This document shows, piece after piece, positions 62,615 to 64,000 of a DNA stretch of 64,000 bases. Source of the stretch: Pseudovirgaria hyperparasitica (Eukaryota); assembly GCA_010093815.1 (NCBI GenBank), contig ML996567.1; one strand, written 5' to 3'. The notes under the pieces are model-generated. The model saw only the letters and a program-made list of their open reading frames with translations. It was not told the origin of the DNA and made no database searches. Made by a program: the position numbers and the translations under genes. The first letter of the stretch is position 1. Every line of letters starts with the position of its first letter.

Positions 62615-62919
62615 CTTCAACTTGCTAAGGAAGTGAAGTGCTACAGCATAGTGTTGTCTTATTTGAGATTGCTATTACAACTGTACTTGCATGAAGTACG
62701 CATTTCGAAGCTTGAAGCCGGCCTTGGGTCGCAAGTTCTTAGCTCGCGATTGAGCCGATTACGTCATCGCGGTCAGGAAAATTTCGAATATCATTCATGA
62801 GTCTCTTACACCCACCGAGTTGGATGTAGAAGCACTGCGAATTCCCCCAGTTTTATTACATTGCAAATAAACTCCTTGCTCTGAACTGTGCATGTAATAC
62901 ATGTGTGTCGATATTGGTA

Positions 62920-64000
62920 TTAACGCCTGTTTCCACCTCTTGGACCACGGCTGCGGCTTCGGCTTCGACTAGAGGTACCGTAGCTACTATATGATGGACT
63001 TCTCCGTCGTCTTCCATTTCCTCGAGCTGGAGGTGGACTATCACGTCGTCGATAGCCTCCAGAGCCTCCTCCTCTCCTTGGCGGAGGTGATCGAGACCTT
63101 GAAGGCGATGAGTAGGACTTTGATCTGCTTCGCCGCGGTGAGCGGGAGCGTGAGTACGAGCGAGGCCTGTATCGATAGTCACCGCCGCCATATCCACCTC
63201 GACGGGGTGGGGAGCGTCTTCCTAGTGGCGAACGGTATCGCGCACCTCTACCACCAGGCCCTGGAGGCGGCCCACGAAAGGATTCAGGAGGTCTACGTGT
63301 ATCGAAGCGACCAGGAGGTGGCCTTCGAAGTGGTGGAGAGCGTGAAAACCTACGGCGAGGTAGCACTATGGAGACGTTCAATACCATCCCATCTAATTGT
63401 CCTTCATGCATATGCGCCACTGCGCTTTCGGCATCTGCAGCTGCAAAGTATGTAATATATGCAGTTCCCCGGTTGTGATTGACTAGTTGAGTTAGATGTG
63501 GCATACGTGTCATCCTTGATCACCTACAATGCTTGTTCATAGGTAGGTCAAGCTCATCAATGGCGCCGTACGCCCCGAAAATCTCTTGGAGATGATCTTC
63601 GTTTACATGTTTTGAAAGCCTTTCAACAACAATCTACACGGTGTTAGTGCCGATTACAATGTTCTTGTGGGACATGTCCTTTAGTTCAAGCATACTTTAG
63701 AGCTCCTCGGCGGAGGAGTATGGCTTGCACTGCGAGTCCGTCTTCTGGACCTGTCACCAACAGCACTCCTACTCCTGCTCCTGCTTCTACTTCTGCTTCT
63801 ACTGTGCGAATAGCTCTTTGATCTACTCTGACTGCGACTTCTACTCAAGCTTCGAGTATTCCCATTGCGACGGGCATCTCTTCCGGACCGAAGCGATCCA
63901 GATCGACTGCGACTTCGAGATTGTGTGCGTGGAACTGATCGAGGTGATCCGGATTGGCGAATTGATCGTGAAAATGATCTTCGAGGCGAGTCTTTCAGGG
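62920..64000 (-). CDS. RNPS1/SR45-like RRM and RS-domain protein (5' end outside the window)
   Basis: RS repeats flank an RRM: IVVERLSKHVNEDHLQEIFGAYG...NRGTAYITY...MHEGQLDG. Confidence 0.88.

Overview
Gene-dense genomic DNA from a filamentous ascomycete (Pezizomycotina, probably a Dothideomycete; inferred from gene content and short GT-AG introns with CTRAC branch points). About 22 spliced or unspliced protein genes are readable: glucosidase II beta, mitochondrial GatA, a Pex23/30-type peroxin, Trf4/Cid14, a 1133-aa Ser-rich protein, AAR2, a CDK11-like kinase, a TDA3-like FAD oxidoreductase, an SDR, NC2beta, DID2, a CAX/VCX1 exchanger, SFH5, NDUFAF7, a VPS9-domain GEF, ATG15, RPS14, TYR1, NAPE-PLD, a metallophosphoesterase and an RNPS1-like protein. 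The best signals are invisible in the ORF track. (1) A tail-to-tail pair of intron-split micro-metallothionein genes (25 aa and 20 aa) lies at 12.0-13.3 kb, one with a repeated upstream motif. (2) A box C/D snoRNA-like element sits in an apparent intron-within-an-intron in TYR1. (3) Hidden exons can extend Trf4 by about 330 aa. (4) A degenerate CFEM-like secreted-protein gene lies at 60 kb. (5) A small AT-rich relic bounded by inverted repeats lies at 14.1-14.4 kb. All family calls come from motif recognition, not database searches.
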